Assembly (NCBI RefSeq): GCF_023229925.1
Contig: NZ_JALNYM010000004.1
Coordinates: 79,998-143,997 of the forward strand
Length of the DNA stretch: 64,000 nucleotides
Reading direction: 5' to 3'
Origin: Acidithiobacillus sp.
GTDB lineage: Bacteria; Pseudomonadota; Gammaproteobacteria; Acidithiobacillales; Acidithiobacillaceae
The translations under genes and the position numbers were made by a program. Each line of letters begins with the position of its first letter. Position 1 is the stretch's first letter. Positions 59,791 to 64,000 of the stretch are shown here, one piece after another. Under the pieces are notes generated by a model that saw only the letters and a list, made by a program, of their open reading frames with translations, was not told where the DNA came from and did no database searches.

Positions 59791-59942
59791 GGGCTTTCTC
59801 CACCGGTGGAGGCAAAACGCTGGTCATCGCGTCGCCGAATGAATGGCGCGTATGGTAGCACGATGCTGCGGATGGCGTCATGCCGGACTACTTTTGGGTT
59901 ATACTGGCGCCATGGGAAACTGATCTTCCGGGTTTAATGAGG

Positions 59943-60344
59943 ATGAATATGAATAAGAACAAGCGATTGTTTCTGATCATCATGACGATACTATCCCCAA
60001 CCTTGCTCAGCGCCTGTAGCACGGAGGATGGGGGTGGGCCGCTGGCGGCCGTCTATACCGGCCAGGACACGCACTACTACCCGACGGCATTTCAGCCTAC
60101 CCGTGCGGCAGCCACGCAGGTGCTGGGGCAAATGCATTGTGTCATTCTCAGTACCGAAAGTGCGGGCACTTCCTCCCAAGGCAGTGTTATTCATGCGCGT
60201 AGCGGGCACATGCTGGTGGATGTAACGATCACGCCGAAGGGGCCGCAGGTCACTGCGGTGGCCACCCGTTTTGGTCTGCTGGGTAGTGTTCAGGACGATC
60301 AGCGCTTTCACTACCTGCTGAAATCAGCGCTGGGTTTGGGGTGA
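59943..60344 (+). CDS. Putative lipoprotein (DUF3568-like)
   Basis: Basic N-terminus, hydrophobic core, LSAC lipobox. Confidence 0.6.
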   Translation: MNMNKNKRLFLIIMTILSPTLLSACSTEDGGGPLAAVYTGQDTHYYPTAFQPTRAAATQVLGQMHCVILSTESAGTSSQGSVIHARSGHMLVDVTITPKGPQVTAVATRFGLLGSVQDDQRFHYLLKSALGLG

Positions 60345-60428
60345 TTCCGTAATCGGCGACCGCCCCTTGTCAATCCTTCGGGGTGGCCCTATCATCATCC
60401 ATAAAGTCCTCACTTTTTTGGGAATGCA

Positions 60429-61784
60429 TTGCAGAACCTGTATATCAAGACTTACGGCTGTCAGATGAATGAGTATGACTCTGAGCGCATGGCTGATTTG
60501 CTTGCGGTCAGTCATGGGTTGCATCTGGTGGACGATCCGGCGCTTGCCGATGTGCTCCTGCTCAACACCTGCTCCATCCGTGAAAAGGCCGAAGACAAGG
60601 TCTTTACTCAGCTCGGCTTTTGGCGCCCTTTCAAGGAACGGCGCCCGGAGGTGGTGATCGGTGTAGGGGGCTGTGTAGCCAGCCAGGAAGGAGAGCGATT
60701 GAGGCGGCGCGCTTCTTACGTGGATCTGGTGTTCGGACCGCAGACGCTGCACCGTCTGCCGGATTTACTGGATGCCTGTTTGGCCGAGCGCCGCCCGCAG
60801 GTGGATGTCGCCTTCCCGATGTTGGAAAAGTTTGATCATTTGCCGCAGCGGCCGGGCCGCGACGGAGCGACTGCTTTTGTCACCATTCAGGAAGGCTGCG
60901 ATAAATTCTGTACCTTCTGTGTGGTACCCCATACCCGGGGACGGGAATATAGCCGCACCATGCCCGATATCCTGCGTGAGGTGCGTGCGTTGGCAGAGCA
61001 GGGCGTGCGTGAGATCACCCTGCTGGGGCAGAACGTCAACGCCTACCGGGGTGCGACGGGGCTGGTGGGTGAGGGCAGCCTGGCCGATCTACTGGAACGT
61101 CTGGCGCGAATTCCCGGTATACTGCGCCTGCGTTATACCACTTCCCATCCCAGTAACCTTGACGATGAATTGATTGCGGCGCACGGCAGTATCGATATTC
61201 TCGCACCGCATTTGCATCTGCCGGTGCAAAGTGGCTCTGACCGCATTTTGCGGCGTATGCACCGTAAACACACGGTCGAGCAATATCTGGATAAGATTGA
61301 TCGCCTGCGTGCCGCCCGTCCAGGCATCCAGATTTCTTCGGATTTCATCGTGGGATTTCCGGGTGAAACCGATGCGGATTTTGCCGCGACCATGGAATTG
61401 ATCGATGCGGTGCGCTTCGATCAGTCTTTTTCCTTCAAATATAGCCAACGCCCTAATACACCGGCGCTGAAGCTGAAAGACAGCGTGCCCGAGACCCTCA
61501 AGGATGAGCGTCTGGCGGTATTGCAGGGGCGCATCAACGGGCTGGCGCAGGGCTATGCGCAAGCCCTGGTGGGCACGCGGCAGGCGGTACTGATGACTGG
61601 ACCGTCGCGCCGTGATCCGCAGCAACTGACGGGCAAGACCGCTTGCAATCGCTCGGTCAATATGGCGGGGCCCATGGATTGGGTCGGACAGATGCTGGAT
61701 GTCGAAATTACGGCAGCGCTGCCCAATAGTCTGCGCGGGCGTGTGGTGCATACGGCACCCGCGAGCCAGCGCCTTGCCATATAG
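60429..61784 (+). CDS. miaB: tRNA-2-methylthio-N6-dimethylallyladenosine synthase
   Basis: [21 protein letters not shown], CxxxCxxC (GCDKFCTFC) and a TRAM domain. Confidence 0.96.
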   Translation: MQNLYIKTYGCQMNEYDSERMADLLAVSHGLHLVDDPALADVLLLNTCSIREKAEDKVFTQLGFWRPFKERRPEVVIGVGGCVASQEGERLRRRASYVDLVFGPQTLHRLPDLLDACLAERRPQVDVAFPMLEKFDHLPQRPGRDGATAFVTIQEGCDKFCTFCVVPHTRGREYSRTMPDILREVRALAEQGVREITLLGQNVNAYRGATGLVGEGSLADLLERLARIPGILRLRYTTSHPSNLDDELIAAHGSIDILAPHLHLPVQSGSDRILRRMHRKHTVEQYLDKIDRLRAARPGIQISSDFIVGFPGETDADFAATMELIDAVRFDQSFSFKYSQRPNTPALKLKDSVPETLKDERLAVLQGRINGLAQGYAQALVGTRQAVLMTGPSRRDPQQLTGKTACNRSVNMAGPMDWVGQMLDVEITAALPNSLRGRVVHTAPASQRLAI

Positions 61785-61788
61785 TCCC

Positions 61789-62772
61789 ATGGAGCCTCCC
61801 GGTAAGACGCTGAGTGTCAGCCACAGTGATTTCATTGCTGAACACGCCAGTGCGGCGATGCTCTCCGAGCTGTCCGGTGAGTTGGATAGTCATATCAAAC
61901 AGATCGAGTCGCGCTTGGGAGTGGTTATCCTGCCCCGTGGCACACGCTTTCATATCACCGGGACAGCCGCTTCTGTGCAGGCAGCGCAGGAAGTACTCTC
62001 CAAGTTATATGCTCAAGTACGCCAGGGTCGGTCCTTGTCCAGTCATTGGGTACATCACAGCATCCAGAATGTGCAACTGGAGGCGGAGGCGGGTGCTACG
62101 GCGGTGGAATCTTCCGGCATACAGACCCTCAAAGGGCTGATTCGTGGTCGTGGGCAACGGCAGCGCCATTATCTGGAGTCTATCCGCCATAATGATCTCA
62201 CCTTCGGTATCGGCCCAGCTGGTACCGGTAAGACCTATCTGGCCGTTGCAGCGGCGGTGGAGCAGATGGATAGTAATCAAGTGCGACGCTTGGTGCTGGT
62301 TCGTCCTGCCGTAGAAGCGGGCGAGCGCCTGGGTTTTCTGCCGGGATCCCTGAGTGAAAAGGTCGATCCATACCTTCGCCCACTTTACGATGCGCTCCAT
62401 GAAATGCTGGGTTATGAGAAAGTAGCCAAGCTGATGGAACGGCAGGTGATTGAAGTGGCGCCCCTCGCCTACATGCGCGGACGTACCCTCAACGACGCCT
62501 TCATCATCCTCGATGAGGCGCAGAATACCACCCCGGAGCAGATGAAAATGTTCCTGACCCGGATGGGTTTCGGTGCCAAAGTCGTGGTAACCGGTGATGT
62601 GACTCAGGTGGATTTGCCTCGCGGACAGCTTTCCGGGCTGGTGCAGGCCATGGATGTGCTGGGGAACATGCCGGGTATCGATATGGTGTTTTTTGAAAGT
62701 GCCGATGTGGTGCGTCATCCGCTGGTGGCACGGATTGTGGAAGCCTATGACCGCTTCGGAGAAAAGGCATGA
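61789..62772 (+). CDS. PhoH-family ATPase (YbeZ)
   Basis: GPAGTGKT, RPAVEAGE and AYMRGRTL motifs; miaB-ybeZ-ybeY-ybeX order. Confidence 0.93.
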   Translation: MEPPGKTLSVSHSDFIAEHASAAMLSELSGELDSHIKQIESRLGVVILPRGTRFHITGTAASVQAAQEVLSKLYAQVRQGRSLSSHWVHHSIQNVQLEAEAGATAVESSGIQTLKGLIRGRGQRQRHYLESIRHNDLTFGIGPAGTGKTYLAVAAAVEQMDSNQVRRLVLVRPAVEAGERLGFLPGSLSEKVDPYLRPLYDALHEMLGYEKVAKLMERQVIEVAPLAYMRGRTLNDAFIILDEAQNTTPEQMKMFLTRMGFGAKVVVTGDVTQVDLPRGQLSGLVQAMDVLGNMPGIDMVFFESADVVRHPLVARIVEAYDRFGEKA

Positions 62773-63266
62773 GTCGTCTTTATCTGCGCATGGCCGTGGA
62801 CGATGCCGCCGTGACCTTGCCACTGCCGTCTCGTGCGGAGGCGCGCCGGGTGATTCTGCGAGCGCTCTCCGCCCCTTCGGCGCGGGCATCCGCCGATGAC
62901 CGGATATGCGAACTGTCCCTGACGTTTGTGGCCGATGCGGAAATAGCGGCACTGAATGCGGGGTATCGGGGTAAGGCTAAGCCGACCAACTGCCTGTCCT
63001 TTCCGCAGGATAGGCTACCAGCGATGTTCCGCCGTGATCTGCTGGGCGATATCGTTATCGCCCCGGCGGTAGTCATGCGCGAAGCCGCCGAGCAGGGCAA
63101 GCGCCTGCGTGACCATTATCGTCATTTGCTCATTCACAGTACCCTCCACCTCCTCGGATACGACCATGAAGTGGTTGCCGAGGCACAGGAGATGGAGGCG
63201 CTGGAAATCCGATTACTGGCTGAAATGGGTGTGGCCGACCCTTACCTGAACCAAATGCATGAGTGA
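62769..63266 (+). CDS. ybeY: rRNA maturation endoribonuclease YbeY
   Basis: YRGKAKPTNCLSFP and HSTLHLLGYDH motifs. Confidence 0.93.
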   Translation: MSRLYLRMAVDDAAVTLPLPSRAEARRVILRALSAPSARASADDRICELSLTFVADAEIAALNAGYRGKAKPTNCLSFPQDRLPAMFRRDLLGDIVIAPAVVMREAAEQGKRLRDHYRHLLIHSTLHLLGYDHEVVAEAQEMEALEIRLLAEMGVADPYLNQMHE

Positions 63267-64000
63267 AGATCGAAGTGGCCAGGAACGACCTCGGAGCTGG
63301 TGGGAACGATTTACCCAGTCCTTGCGTGGCAATGTGGAAGATCAGGATACCCTGCTGGAACTGGTCCGTGAAGCAGGTGAACGGCAGATCATCGACGCCG
63401 AAGCAGCGCGGATGGTGGATGGAATCTTCCGCATGGGCGAGCTTACGGTGCGGGACGTGATGATTCCTCGGCCACAGATGGAAGTGATTGAACTGGATAT
63501 GCCTTTATCGGAGATTATTGCCCGGGTGTCTGAGGTGGGGCACTCGCGTTTTCCGGTGGTGGGGGATGACCGCGATGATGTGCGCGGCATTCTCCTGGCC
63601 AAAGATCTGTTGCGAGGCTGTCGGGGCGACATTCCAACGCCGCGGTTGACGGAGTTGCTCCGCCCTGCGACCTTCATTCCCGAGAGCAAACACCTGGATC
63701 ACTTGCTCTACGAGTTCCGCACGGGTCGACATCACATGGCCGTGGTAGTAGACGAGTACGGTGGTGTCGCCGGCCTGATCACCATCGAGGACGTGCTGGA
63801 AATCATCGTCGGGGCAATCGAGGACGAATACGATATTGACGAGGATATGATGATCGCGCCGCGCGAGGATGGCGATTTTCTGGTGAATGCCCTGATTCCA
63901 CTGGAAGAATTCAACGCGCATTTTGTGGCGCACCTGGCGGATGGCCATGCCGACACGCTGGGTGGCTGGGTGGCGACGCGCTTGGGTCATGTGCCGCGTA
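63259..64000 (+). CDS. corC: HlyC/CorC-family CBS-domain transporter (YbeX), runs off the window
   Basis: Not in the ORF track. Manual translation: MSEDRSGQERPRSWWERFTQ...VRDVMIPR...GHSRFPV...HMAVVVDEYGGVAGLITIEDVLEIIVG. Confidence 0.9.
   Translation, partial: MSEDRSGQERPRSWWERFTQSLRGNVEDQDTLLELVREAGERQIIDAEAARMVDGIFRMGELTVRDVMIPRPQMEVIELDMPLSEIIARVSEVGHSRFPVVGDDRDDVRGILLAKDLLRGCRGDIPTPRLTELLRPATFIPESKHLDHLLYEFRTGRHHMAVVVDEYGGVAGLITIEDVLEIIVGAIEDEYDIDEDMMIAPREDGDFLVNALIPLEEFNAHFVAHLADGHADTLGGWVATRLGHVPR

Noticed and set aside
1-64000. CRISPR array, prophage, REP family or known defence cassette
   Set aside because: I saw no regularly spaced repeats or phage/cas genes. The intergenic hairpins (12213, 18075, 29939, 34868, 50978) are unrelated in sequence.

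Overview
High-GC proteobacterial chromosomal segment, most likely Acidithiobacillus (inferred from the metK-ahcY-metF-cbbP/prk cluster and overall gene content; not confirmed by a search). It is mostly core genome: pepA-holC-(unknown)-valS-nhaA-nadC, lptFG, a dynamin-like GTPase, a MarR/DHA2 efflux pair, lgt, rep, rpsT, a Mo/W-type ABC permease and ATPase, apaH, recQ-cyaY-EVE, clpS-clpA-selO, a PPIase, DJ-1, gpmI-envC-ctpA, glgP, adenosine kinase, metK-SAH riboswitch-ahcY-metF-prk, tRNA-Arg(CCT), a Ca2+/cation antiporter, deaD, a csp gene, priA, ubiCA and miaB-phoH-ybeY-corC. A small accessory islet at about 25.6-30.0 kb carries an IS66 remnant, a GAF-GGDEF cyclase, an atypical ClC and an orphan tatA. 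Two decayed IS66-family ends (12.7 kb and 25.8 kb) face outward. There is no CRISPR array, prophage or intact mobile element. The best leads are a PopZ-like disordered scaffold protein directly upstream of valS, a DnaA-box/AT-rich/DnaA-box element between ubiA and priA, a selO frame with no canonical start codon (possible ATC start), and several apparently catalytically altered proteins (Cys-less DsrE, MBL fold without metal ligands, ClC with altered selectivity motifs). All product calls come from recognising motifs by eye.
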